Below, one piece after another: positions 1 to 13,302 of a stretch of DNA of 64,000 nt (position 1 is the stretch's first letter; each line of letters begins with the position of its first letter). The stretch is from Eledone cirrhosa. Its lineage: Eukaryota. The position numbers were made by a program, and so were the translations under genes. The stretch is taken from assembly GCA_964016885.1 (NCBI GenBank), contig OZ024763.1, forward strand, positions 4,650,001 through 4,714,000, given 5' to 3'. Below the pieces are notes generated by a model that worked only from the letters and a program-made list of their open reading frames with translations, made no database searches and was not told the origin of the DNA.

Positions 1-871
1 GCTATGGTTGAATTGATAAAAAAATCCCCTACAATATGAAGACATGAGGTCTATATATGACGTGGCGGTTTTTAAACAATCCCTTTGTGTACTTTCTTGT
101 TGTTGGCATAAGTTGATGACGGCGTTTAATTCATAATTATCGTTTAAATTTCACGTGATTTTGACGTGATATTATTTATATACTCCGTTGTTATTGTTAT
201 TTTCATTATTGTTGTTAATATGTTGTTGTTGTTGTTTTTATTGTTGTTGTTAATTTTATTTTATTTGTCGGGCGCTTTTTTTTTTTTTTTTTTTTTTTAT
301 TTCGTACTAGCTGCAGTACCCGGTAATATCCGGGAAAGGTGGGGTTATTCGCAGTTCGCAGAATGCGCCTGAAAATGCTAGCGACTTTGGGTGCCCATAC
401 TAGATTTTCAATAGCACCGTTTGCTTTGCGAGATGTGTTTATGGCAGATTAATTTTTTTGTGTGAAACTATCAATAGCTGTAAGTCCTTCTTCCATCTAG
501 CTTTCTTCATTCAGAGTGAATAAGCCGGGGAATTTTGAGCTCGAAGAGTATCGAACTTATTCAACAAACTTATGTATAAGAATAGCAAACTTACTGCCTT
601 ACCACTCAAGAGCAAACACAGAATAATTGAGGAAGTCATCGCAATTATTGAAGAAATTATAACCAAGTGAACAGAAATCAGGTACTGTTCAAGCACCCTG
701 TATATCACCGTTTGTAAAGCCCTTCGAATGACTGAAGCAATTCAATAAAACCATCCCGTTTTCCCCTATAGTAGACATAACCCGAGAAAAAACACCGTAA
801 TAAGTCGGAAAACAATCAGAAGTGTTGGCTCGAAAAAGGGCCTTGTAACATTCACTGTTGCAAAGTGTCAA

Positions 872-1058
872 TAATTGTTTCTACTTTAGGCACAAGGCCA
901 GCAATTATCCAGTACATTACTGGTACTTTATTTTATCGACCCCGTAAGGATGAAAGGCAAAGTTAACCTCGGCGGGATTTGAACTCAGACTGTAAAGGGA
1001 CGTAACTAAGCTAGAAAGCATGGCGTCCCACCCTCTACCGATACTGCCAATTCACCGT
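872..1058 (-). mobile_element. tRNA-headed SINE, family A
   Basis: Shares A box TGGCAGTATCGG, B box GAGTTCAAATCC and body GCCTTTCATCCTTACGGGGTCGATAAAATAAAGTACCAG with many other copies in the window. Confidence 0.85.
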
Positions 1059-1440
1059 GTCAATAATGGGGGAGAAGTTACATCTTAGTTTGTGTTAATC
1101 TTCCTACGATCCAACACCTCGAAATATCGACAAAATAAACTCTACTCTCCAAGACGCCATGTTACAATTAACATGCCGGGAGTACGAATATTCGTCAACA
1201 TACGATTTGGGTTTTATTCTTTGGACTAATCTCGCGGTAAGCCAACTTTCAGGTCATTGTTCATCACACTTTTTTGTTACTTATCACTGATTCCTGCAGT
1301 TGACCTTAATGTGACCTACGGGTGTGCACGTATTCAGAATCCATATCAGTAGATGTGATATATATATATATATATGTCAAACGGAACTCAAAACGATAAG
1401 TTCTAGTTTTGAATATGTCACTATCTGTAAAACAACTTTT

Positions 1441-1503
1441 TATTTTATCTGATGAGAGTGTACCAAAAATGTTGGATACCCTTGAAATATATATAATAAA
1501 ATA
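1441..1503 (+). ncRNA. Type I hammerhead ribozyme with minimal palindromic helix III (Penelope-type)
   Basis: TATTTTAT-CTGATGA-[helix II]-GAAA-TATATA-TA-ATAAAATA; perfect 8-bp helix I. Confidence 0.78.
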
Positions 1504-2120
1504 TATATGGTTTTATAAAGATAGTTTCCATTTATTAATATTATTGATATTATACGGGGTCGATAAAATAAAGTACCAGTAATACACTGGGTAACTGCTG
1601 GCCTTGTGCCAAAAGTAGAAACAATTGTTGATATTATACTCCAGAAGAATCTTGTAGAGTGCTTATAATCTGTTATAAACTAACTTTGTTGAATAACCAA
1701 CAAATTAAATAACTCATTGCTTATATATGGGATAACAAGTTATCGTTTTAGGTAATCCAGTTCGAGGTTGTGAGTACTCTGTACTATGGATAGTTTTAAC
1801 ATACGGCTTTGTTTGAGTCAACAAGAGGTTTCCTTGGTTAGGTGGCGAGTTTGCGAGAATTCTCATGCAGGGGGTTCTTGGAGTAATAACAGTAAAAGAG
1901 TGAAGAATACCATGGTCGGCTGTACAAATAATTATTTGCAACAAAATCGATTTGGGTTCTAAAAATTTACCGAATTTTTATCATAATTTACTATTATGGG
2001 TTTTCTATTTCAAATTTATTATTGTTGTTGATCTCAGAATTTCACATGTCAATACTATTAGAATCAATAATCACGATAAGTATAAACAAAATATATCAAG
2101 TTAAGAAAAAAATGTCATTA

Positions 2121-2310
2121 GGGTGGTGGATTGGCAGTATCGGTAGAGGGTCGGACGCCATGCTTTCCAGCATAGTTACGTCCCTTTATGATCTGAGTTC
2201 AAATCCCGCCGAGGTTGACTTTGCCTTTCATCCTTACGGGGTCGATAAAATAAAGTACCAGTAATGCACTGGGTAATTTGCTGGCCTTGTACCTAAAGTA
2301 GAAACAATTA
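2121..2310 (+). mobile_element. tRNA-headed SINE, family A, full length
   Basis: A box, B box, conserved body and GCCTTGT.CC.AAAGTAGAAACAATTATT tail. From memory the body resembles the Meta/MESC central domain of mollusc SINEs; this needs a database check. Confidence 0.88.
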
Positions 2311-2347
2311 TTTTCTTTAACTCAGGCATAGTATACATTCATACGTG

Positions 2348-2384
<37 letters not shown>

Positions 2385-2389
2385 CTGTG

Positions 2390-2420
<31 letters not shown>

Positions 2421-2617
2421 ATATATATATGTGTATCTGTGCGTAATTCTTTTCTTTCGCACCCTTGGTCTGGCAGGTCGCTTTTTTTCTCTCTCTCGTC
2501 TACGATTTCACAGAACTTACGTTCACCGAAATCACAGACTAGATAGATCCCTTCTTCCTCACTTTTCGTTGCTTCACCATTTTTGTTTGTTTACACTCGT
2601 GTCCCCTTTATTTACGT

Positions 2618-2719
2618 GTCCCAACGACTTTTTTTAGCCGTTGCTCGCCCCAACCGGAGGTATATGGTCTTTAAAGCGATGAAATACCAATGATGGTTGG
2701 AAGATCACTGATGAAGGAC
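2618..2719 (+). ncRNA. Candidate non-circularly permuted (pseudoknotted) hammerhead ribozyme, intact core
   Basis: GTCC-hairpin-TCGC..CCAACC..GGTAT-A-TGGTCTT..GCGA-T-GAAA-TACC..GGTTGG-AAGATCA-CTGATGA-A-GGAC. Helix III ATACC/GGTAT and helix I TGGTCTT/AAGATCA abut the core nucleotides exactly. Confidence 0.72.
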
Positions 2720-2769
2720 TAACTTTATTCATATGTAACCCATTAGCAACCCCGCAGCACGTTTATTCT

Positions 2770-3348
<579 letters not shown>

Positions 3349-3411
3349 AAAAGAAAATTTCGCTCTACATGGCTGAATACAATAAATGTAATCTGAGTTT
3401 TTAGAATATTA

Positions 3412-3682
3412 ATAATTGTTTCTACTTTAGGCACAAGGCCAGCAATTATCCCAGTGCATTACTGGTACTTTATTTTATCGACCCCCGTAAGGATGAAAGG
3501 CAAAGATAACCTCGGAGGGATTTGAACTCAGAACATAAAGGGGCGTAACTCTATGCTACAAAGCATGGCGTCCGACCCTCTACCGATACTGCCAATTAAT
3601 AATTGTTTCTACTTTAGGCACAAGGCCAGCAATTACCCCAGTGCATTACTGGTACTTTATTTTATCGAGCCCGTAAGGATGA
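3412..3682 (-). mobile_element. SINE family A, full copy plus tandem partial copy
   Basis: Sequence identity to 2121-2310 on the opposite strand. Confidence 0.85.
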
Positions 3683-3869
3683 TGCAATTTTGCAAACAAG
3701 CCTCAATTTTCTTGTTTTCGTGCGGCCCCCAAACCCCACGGTGGTGCCTCGCTCCATGCTCTGCCCCCCTCCTTCCCCACTGGCACGCAGCTAGACAACC
3801 ATAGCCTGCGAATCGGATGGTGGTGGTGACGGTTGAGATGGCTGCAGATATGATGATAGTGATGGTCGT

Positions 3870-4392
3870 GCTGCTGGTGGTGGTGGTGGTGGTGGTGGTG
3901 TTGGTGACGGGGATTGTGGTGGTGGTGGTGGTGGTGGTGGTATTAGTGACGGGGTGGTGGTGGTGGTGGTGGTGGTGGTGACGGGGATTGTGGTGGTGGT
4001 GGTGGTGGTGGTGGTGGTGGTGGTATTAGTGACGGGGTGGTGGTGGTATTAGTGACGGGGTGGTGGTGTTGGTGACGGGGATTGTGGTGGTGGTGGTGGT
4101 GGTGGTGGTGGTGTTAGTGACGGGGTGGTGGTGGTGGTGGTGGTGGTGGTATTAGTGACGGGGTGGTGGTGGTGGGGTGGTGGTGGTGGTAGTAGTGGTG
4201 GGTGGTGGTGGTGGTGGTGGTGGTGGTATTAGTGACGGGGTGGTGGTGGGGTGGTGGTGGTGGTGGTGGTGGTATTAGTGACGGGGTGGTGGTGGTGGTG
4301 GTATTAGTGACGGGGTGGTGGTGGTGGTGGTATTAGTGACGGGGTGGTGGTGGTGGTGGTATTAGTGACGTGGTGGTGGTGGTGGTGGCGGT
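3870..4392. repeat. (GGT)n-based compound repeat with a TATTAGTGACGGG subunit
   Basis: Direct inspection. Confidence 0.95.
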
Positions 4393-4693
4393 GCAATAGT
4401 CTCCACCATCAGCACCACCGTTATCAGGATTTTCACAATTCTATAAAGCGAGGAGAAGGAGGAGGAGAAGAAGGAGGAGAAGAAGAAGAAGGAAATGGAG
4501 TAAAAGGAGTAGGAAGACAGAAGTGACCCCTAAGGGCAGAGATGAGAACTGATATTAAAGGGGTTTACGTGTGAATGGTTTCTAAACCAAACATCTGTTG
4601 GAGTGCAATTCAGTGATGAATACAATATTGCCTAGAATATGCCGCAGTCCTAGTATATATATATATATATACACATATATATATATATATAAA

Positions 4694-4914
<221 letters not shown>

Positions 4915-4970
4915 ACGTATATACATATATATATATATATACACATATATACATACATATATATATACAC

Positions 4971-5015
<45 letters not shown>

Positions 5016-5070
5016 TATATATATATACACATATATACACATATATTTATATATATATACACATATATAC

Positions 5071-5101
<31 letters not shown>

Positions 5102-5134
5102 TACATATATATATATATAAATATATATATATAT

Positions 5135-5165
<31 letters not shown>

Positions 5166-5318
5166 TGCACCACCATTTGCAACGCGCAGCCATCATTATT
5201 ATCATATATATAAATATATATATATATATATGTATGTGTATATATATATATTTATATATATATATATATGTATGTGTATATATATATATATTTATATATA
5301 TATATATATATGTATGTG

Positions 5319-5376
<58 letters not shown>

Positions 5377-5580
5377 CACACACATATATACATATACATC
5401 CATAAGCATATCTTTCTAGCCAGCACTTCATACATATATTCAAGTATGTATGTGTGTGTCTAAATATGTATATGTTTAAATGTAAAATAATACACACACA
5501 TATTTATGCATATATATATATACATGCACATATATACATATATATGTATGTATGTAAGCTATTATATATATATATATAAT

Positions 5581-5638
<58 letters not shown>

Positions 5639-5764
5639 GTATATGTATGTGTATTATTTATATATATATATATATAATAGCTTACATACATACATATATA
5701 TGTATATATGCATATATACATATATATGTATGTACGTAAGCTATTATATATATATATATAGAAT

Positions 5765-5836
<72 letters not shown>

Positions 5837-6038
5837 ATATGTATGTGTATTATATATATATAATAGCTTACATACATACATATATATTTATATATGTGCA
5901 TATATATATATATATATGCATAAATATGTGTGTGTATTATTTTACATTTACACATATACATATTTAGACACACACATACATACTTGAATATATGTATGAA
6001 GTGGTGGGTAGAAAGATATGCTTATGGATGTATATGTA

Positions 6039-6080
<42 letters not shown>

Positions 6081-6290
6081 TACATATATATATAAATATA
6101 TGTATGAAGTAGTGGCTAGAAAGATATGCTTATGGATGGCAGAATATAATGTATAATATATTTATTAGTAAAATCCCACCTACGATTTGCCCTCCAAGCA
6201 TGCTCACACACGTACACACATTCTCACACACGTACACACATGCTCACACACGTACACACACGCTCACACATATATATAAACATTTGCATC

Positions 6291-6415
<125 letters not shown>

Positions 6416-6437
6416 ACATATACATATATATATATAT

Positions 6438-6564
<127 letters not shown>

Positions 6565-6701
6565 AAGTAGAAGTTGTATTTAATTTGTTGGAAGCCCGAC
6601 GAACATAAATGTTTATAACTGATTTAGAGCACTCAACATTTTACTGGAGTAAATATTCAATGATATTAAATAAATGGAAACTATATTTATAAAACCATAT
6701 T

Positions 6702-6766
6702 TATTTTATTATATATATTTCAAGGGCCACCAAGACAACATTGGTGCGCTTTCATCAGATAAAATA
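6702..6766 (-). ncRNA. Type I minimal hammerhead ribozyme
   Basis: Minus strand: TATTTTAT-CTGATGA-AAGCGCACCAA..TTGGTGGCCCTT-GAAA-TATATA-TA-ATAAAATA. Confidence 0.78.
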
Positions 6767-6811
6767 CAAAGTTTGTTTTATAAAAAATAAGGTATGATTT
6801 TCATGGGTACG

Positions 6812-6879
<68 letters not shown>

Positions 6880-6986
6880 ATTTATATAATATATAAGATC
6901 AAAAGATGGTTAAAAGAGTTCCATGTATTTTATTATGCGCATTTCAATTTATATATATATATATATATATAGTTTTAATATAGATG

Positions 6987-7037
6987 AGATTCGACAGGAC
7001 TAGAACTGTTTCATTCTTTAGAAATCCTCAGGAATCT
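6987..7037 (-). ncRNA. Type I hammerhead ribozyme with full helix III and GUC site
   Basis: Minus strand: AGATTC-CTGAGGA-TTTCTAAAGAAT-GAA-ACAG-ttctagtc-CTGT-C-GAATCT. Helix I 6 bp, helix III 4 bp, weak helix II. Confidence 0.75.
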
Positions 7038-7540
7038 GGGTATCAAAAAATAAATATGGTATTTATAGGTCTCTTCAGGTGGTAGGAGAGGGTGGGGAGT
7101 GGGATGGTTGATAGAAAAGGAAATTCATTAAAAGCTAATTCTTCAAAGCTATAATTTATATTTAGAGTAACAAAGGCAGAAAGAATTCTATAAACAAGTT
7201 CGGAATGGGGGGGGGGGGGGGGGGGGCACTCCTTATTTTTAAGTTTCTCTTAAGCTAACACACACACATATATATAGAGAGAAAATTGAGGTTGGTAATG
7301 GCACATGGAATATATAAGAGACAGAATACTTTTTTGTGAAAAAACATAATTTTATAAGGTAAGGAAAGAATAAAGGGTATAAAAAATATATATATAGTTT
7401 TAATATAGATGAGATTCTACAGGACTAGAACTGTTTCATTCTTTAGAGTACCTTACTTACTGTGGTTACCTCCGATTCAACCCGGAATAACGTACCTATA
7501 TATATATATATATATATAGGTGTGTGTATACATACATATG

Positions 7541-7576
<36 letters not shown>

Positions 7577-7780
7577 TACATATATACATATTTAACTCCG
7601 TAATAGCACCACCAACTACAAAAACAAAGACGGTTGAACTGCTTTACGTTGAGTACTCTCTATATTATTGCATTACGATTGACCATACGGAATAGACCAG
7701 CTCTACACAGTGGTGAACCTCAAACCTGAATAAATACAGATATACATATATAATGACAAATTAGAATGTAGAAGTTAGGA

Positions 7781-7887
7781 TTATCCGTCATTAGTTGTCT
7801 GCTAGGCATCATAGGCATTTGTTCTTGTTAGAGACAAGATACCTCAGCCCAGGGCGAAACAATAACTAAAGTAAGTTATTGGGATAA
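7781..7887 (-). ncRNA. Degenerate copy of the permuted hammerhead (second subfamily)
   Basis: Same architecture with different helix sequences (TTATCC/GGATAA, CAATAACT/AGTTATTG, TTGTCT/AGACAA, site ATC). Core mutated to CTAATGA and CAAA. Confidence 0.55.
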
Positions 7888-8871
7888 AAAGAAGTGGGTG
7901 GAGAAAGAGAAGGAGAAGGAAGGACATGTGAAGAGACACGATGGGTGAGAAAGAGATGGGGTAAGGAAATTAGAGAGGTGAAGTGATTGAGGTTAGAGGG
8001 AGAGAGTGAGAGAGCAAGAGAGAGAGTGAGAGAGAGTGGGGGGAATTATAGGAGAGAGTAGTGGGAGGAAGCAATATGAGGGAAGGCAACAAATCAGTGA
8101 GAGAGAGGTGGGGGGGGGGAGACGTACGAGAGCGAAAGAAAGGAAATAAGATGAGAGCGAGATATGAGGGAGGAAGTAGTATACTAGAGGGAGAGAGGCA
8201 AGAGTATAGGGGTAGGGGGAAGCAGAAGTATGAGACAGAGAGAGGTGAAGGAAGAGAGAGAGATATGTTGGAAATAGAATGGGAGAAAGTAAGACAGAGA
8301 GAGAAATAGAGTAGAGGGAGGAAGTAATATTAGAGAGAGAGAGAGAGAAAGTGAGGGACGGAGCAGTTTAAGTGTGTGTGATAAAGAGAGGCGGGGGTGA
8401 CTAGAAGGAGGAAAGCAAGGAGATAGAGAATGGTGGGAGAGGGAGGAAGACAACAGTGTAAAAAAAAAAGTGACGACGGTGGGGGAGTGGGTTGGTTATC
8501 TCCCCCTGCTGTTATGTGGCTTGTTTGGTTTGTCCCAAGAGAACATGGTTGGCATGTAAATTGATGTCGCTAGTGTGTAGCAGACGACCTATCAAGTGGG
8601 ACTGACTGCATAAGAATTTTATTGTATGTTCAGTGACAACTACAGGAGGCAACTCCGATATTTACAGAAATGTTTCTAAAAGAGTTGTCTCTCCTGTGCT
8701 GAGAAGGAGAGAGATAGATGTTTTACCGACCTCGAAAAGATGGACGACAAAGTTTTTTTTTTTTTTTAAATAACTTGCAACTTCATTTTCACTGTATATA
8801 GCGATGTATATATATTTGCAATGTAAATATATTAGCGATGTATATATATATATTTGCAATGCATATATATG

Positions 8872-9050
8872 ATTGGCAGTATCGTTAGAGGGTCGGACGC
8901 CATGCTTTGCAGCATGGAGTTACGGGCCTTTACGATTTGAGTTCAAATCCCGCCGAGGTTAACTTTGCCTTTCATCCTCACGGGGTGGATAAAATAAAGT
9001 ACCAGTAATGCACTGGGATAATTGCTGGCCTTGTGCCAAAAGTAGAAACA
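8872..9050 (+). mobile_element. SINE family A
   Basis: A and B boxes, body and tail as above. Confidence 0.85.
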
Positions 9051-9500
9051 ATATATGATTGATGCAATATTTTGAATTGAGGTTTTGTAGGTCCAGTAGA
9101 TAAGTTACACCTCTATTTTACAACGTGAAATAAAATGTCTTGCTCAAAGACACAAAAAATCGAACTCACCACCCAAGCTACAATGTAATATGGCTTGTTG
9201 CGATAATTCAAATGACCAGTTATGTCATGCAAATTGTTATGGTGTGTCTATGAGGTTACCACTACTTTACATTATCAATAAGTCTTTAATACAGGTTGAT
9301 ATCTATTTGTAAACAATCATACAAGGGAAATAACCCCGAACTTTATGATAGGATATTACCATCGTTTTCCATGCTTTTTGCCGCATCTCGCCACTCAAGA
9401 CTTCTACCCAAATCTTCATTGGTCTTCCTCTATACACACACACACACATTTCATCTTTAAGAGTTTTCACCCCATTTAACAAGATATTTTATAGCATCTT

Positions 9501-9550
<50 letters not shown>

Positions 9551-9586
9551 ACAGAAAAAAGAGAATCAGTTTTGCGACGAATGGAA

Positions 9587-9592
9587 TTTATT
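9587..9592 (-). terminator. Candidate polyadenylation signal (AATAAA) of the HES gene
   Basis: First minus-strand AATAAA noticed, about 370 nt after the stop codon. Motif only, in AT-rich DNA. Confidence 0.2.
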
Positions 9593-9899
9593 GGACATAT
9601 TACAATCGTTTCTTGATTCTACGAAGCAGATTTTCCCATATGAAATCTGCTGGGCATATAAAAAAAATCGAAATAACAGAAGTAAACTTCATTCCATCAT
9701 GTTTTTCTGTTCAAATTCTAGCTGTTGCATAATAGTTATCACCGAAATATACATAACAGCAAACATGTATAAATGATGTTTTTAAATTGTTTTTAAATTA
9801 CTCTGGAGTAAACAGACCCACCTGTTCACTTCATTGAGTGCTCTACCCTGCATATTTAAGTGTCGGTAATTAACCAACACATGCTCAAATTTATCTATC

Positions 9900-9934
<35 letters not shown>

Positions 9935-9964
9935 TTGTGAAATTTGGTGATAGAAAATTGAAAT

Positions 9965-11184
9965 TCACTCTACTGCTGAGTTCCAAGGACGCCAAACGTT
10001 AGACGAAGCGAATTTGTTTTCGCTACCCTCTTGGCTTGATACCTTATTATAAATGTGTCCTTTGTTTCTCATGTTTGGTTCTAACACTACAGGATCTGCT
10101 TCATGTAATGGTTGACACCATTGTGGTATTATTTCAGTGGAGGCTGTCGAATTACTTTTTACTATGTTAACATTAGCTGTTGCATGTGGCGAGACAACAC
10201 AAGAGATTTCCTGCATCTTGTCTAATGTTGTATAGAGAGGAATGGCTTTCACCGGTAATGGTGTCGCCACTAAAAACGCGATGGGAGTGCCGTTATTGTT
10301 GCTGAAAATGATGTGGTTTTTGTTGTTGTTGCTGCTGTAACTGTAACTCTCAACACCAGCTTGCTGAGCTATGTCATCCATATTTAATGTGTTAGTAGTA
10401 GTAGTATTAGTAGGATGAGGAGGATGAGGAGGAGGAGTTGTTATCACAGAACTTCTGGAAGTCCTCAGTGATGATACTTCCATCATTTCCTGTTCGTTAA
10501 CTGAACTGGTTGGAGTAATGATGCGTACATAAGCTTTACAATTCTGTTTGGACATGCTTGTGTCTAGTTTTATAGCATGCTGGTGGTTATTTACAAGCTT
10601 TGGTGTGGAATCAGTAATAATGTCAACAGGCTGAAACAAACCTTTTGAGACTGGTGTTATAAATGGTATTGATGTTACATCTCCATTAGGGACAACACAC
10701 GAGATTTCTGGAGTTACTTTACAGTTTGTGTTCTTTATAACATTCCCACTTAGGGTCGGTGTTTGCAAAGGCAATGAAGAACAATCATATTGATTGTTAT
10801 AATTCACAGGAAATTGTTGTGTGCACTTGCTTCTGGTTAAATGTTTTTCAGGCTGGGATACGTTAAGGGTTAATACAGCATTTGTTGTTTGAGCTTGTGT
10901 CTGTGGTTGACTTTGATGGTCACAATTCTGTCTTACTCCAAAGTTTGTCGTCGTTTCCATTTCATCTGAGCTTGACACTGATCCTAGATTTGAGCTGCCA
11001 TCTGAGCTGCTCACCAGTGAACCGTTCTTATAACATTGGTTCAAATGGCTCATGACACGTGTTTGGAATTCATTGTTGCCATAGTCTTTTTTAGATAGAC
11101 AGCGCACAACCTCGTTCATGCAGTCATTGAAACCGGCTTTGTATCGTGGGTGATCACGGAACCCTTGCTCTTTCGACATAACCT
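9965..11184 (-). CDS. Hes: HES gene coding exon 4: Orange domain, S/T/P/N-rich region and WRPW motif (ends VWRPWNSAVE*)
   Basis: Acceptor tttgcag|AG completes the phase-1 codon G|AG. Orange domain RYKAGFNDCMNEVVRCL...RVMSHLNQC and the Groucho/TLE-binding WRPW are present. Total CDS 138+99+94+1220 = 1551 nt, 516 aa. Confidence 0.96.
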
Positions 11185-11223
11185 CTGCAAATTGGAAAAC
11201 AACAATTATTATTAATAATATCA

Positions 11224-11273
<50 letters not shown>

Positions 11274-11279
11274 TGCATT

Positions 11280-11593
11280 TATCTTGCTTTATGTTTATAC
11301 GAGTTATCACCAAGTCACAACCAGTGACCTCAAGAGACAACAAGGTCCGCCATGTTCAAGAAAGAACACACATATTCACACATGCATCCTTAGTGTTTAG
11401 ACTTGTGATGTACTTATATTGACAGGATCTTCCTTAGTATATGGGCAGTTCCCATTAGTACTATCTTTTGTATTTCTCCTATACGCGGGTTTCCTGGGAT
11501 TTGCGATAAGTAGTCGTTAGACCCCTTAGGTATCATTCCCAGAGCGCCTACAACCACTGGTATTGTTTTAGTTTATTATTATTATTATTTTTA

Positions 11594-11628
<35 letters not shown>

Positions 11629-12070
11629 GTTATTATTATTATTGTTATTGCCTGATGAGGAAAATCAAGGTGGAGAGGGAAGTGCTGCTTTCCAGCCAGT
11701 TTATTGAAAGGTGGGTGATGAGAGAGACAAGAATGGCTTGTGTGAATGGGCCTACCATGAGCGAGTGCCTGTAGTATTGAAGGCAACCAACTGGGAGAGG
11801 GCACTTGCCCTAGCAACCAGGGTGACCGTGGCTTTTGTGGGCTTTCTCCATGAGTAACCCTTGGAGTCTCCTCACCTTTGGGGAATTTCTTATGTTTGTT
11901 TTCTTTAAATGTTCTTAATTTCTGTTATAAATTTTATTTTACACAAAAAAAAACACACTGTGTCATCCTGTACCATCTTTAATGTCTTCTTAATGTCCTA
12001 TTATATCGTGCGTCCATCCTTTATAGTGAGTCTGGGCTAGGTGTTTACATTCGGATACGATGTGAGCCAC

Positions 12071-12147
<77 letters not shown>

Positions 12148-13300
12148 CAGATCCTACAGAGTGGGCTAGCCTCCTCTTTGTCAATATGGTGTTTCACCCA
12201 CTTCATTCTGAGGACTTTCTCCTGTGCAGACAATAGCATTCCCACTGTAACTTTTTAAAAGTTTCTTCTTTTTAACCAGCTCCATGTCTGTGGATCTCTG
12301 AATTCCATTTTCTTAAAAAAGGTGCTATGAAGGGTTTTTTCATGAAAGTTGCTTTTCCTCTTTGTTGTTATTTCCTCCTTGGACATCCCCTGGTCTATTG
12401 CCTTCTCCTTCAGTACAGCTTTGAGCATTGGCTCCCTACTCTCAGACACATAATTGTGCAGACTGTTTTTCTCCATCTGAACACAGTCCTCTAAGATAAG
12501 ACCCGCTGATAAGACCCCTTCCACCTTCATATCTCTTTAAGTAGAGTCTATCAACATCACTCCTCTTGTGGAACATGCTGTAAGTAGTCATTAGTAGTCT
12601 TTCTATCCATTTCTTTTAGTTCAGTAACATTCCATTTGAGAATTCCCACACTGTACCTAATAATAGACACAGCTTGGGAATGTATTGCATTTATGACATT
12701 CCTACTATTTAGATGTGGTTTTAGTATGTTCCTTAGTATGTATTCAGATCTTAATAGCTCCTTCATTTTATTGTTCTTGATGTCATCTGCCTCCAGAACA
12801 TCCAAATACCTGTATCCCTCTTCAGTGTTGATTTCCTTTATCATCTCACCCATTGGTACCTGGATTCCATTGCTTCTGTTCAATTTACCCCCTCTTCATC
12901 ACTAGGATTCCACACTTATTAACACCAAATCCCATACATATATCATGGCTGAAAATATGGACAGTGTTAACAAGTACATCCAACTCCTTCTCACTTTTCC
13001 CAAAGAGTTTTAAATCGTCTATGAAGAGAAGGTGGTTGATGGTAAGCTCTCCTCTTCCCGGTTTGTATCTTGCTTTCACTTTTTGCAATATGAGGGGTAA
13101 GGACAAACAACAAAGGGGACAAATTATCTCCTTGGAAGATACCTTTCCTGATCTTCACTCCTCCCAAGTTATCTCTGTCTCCTAGGTCTTCATACTATTA
13201 TTTAATAGGTATCTGATGTCTGCCAAGTTGAAGATCTCTAGGCTTTTGGTTATCCAAGAATGAGGAACTATGTTGAATGCCTTCTTGTAGTCTATCCATC
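11280..13300 (-). mobile_element. Decayed R4/Dong-like non-LTR retrotransposon fragments in HES intron 3
   Basis: Frameshifted RT motifs DYKKAF..VPHSW and INHLLFIDDLKLF, a CRIC..HIVSEC knuckle, and C-terminus IPVVVGALGMIPKG..IQKIVLMGTAHILRKIL* (about 11415-11568). Flanked by (TAA)n, the known Dong target. Confidence 0.8.
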
Positions 13301-13302
13301 CT

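Noticed and set aside
305-870. TACTAGCTG..TACCCGG start resembling a Helitron-type non-autonomous element, plus short ORFs
   Set aside because: No Rep/helicase motif or matching other end could be recognised.
11185-11278. Poly-Ile hydrophobic N-terminus of the 437-aa ORF (looks like a signal or TM segment)
   Set aside because: Intronic (TAA)n upstream of the splice acceptor at 11185.
11652-11700. Isolated CTGATGA heptamer (also CTGANGA at about 12208, 19124 on the minus strand, and 40612)
   Set aside because: No matching helix II, GAAA or helix I; expected by chance.
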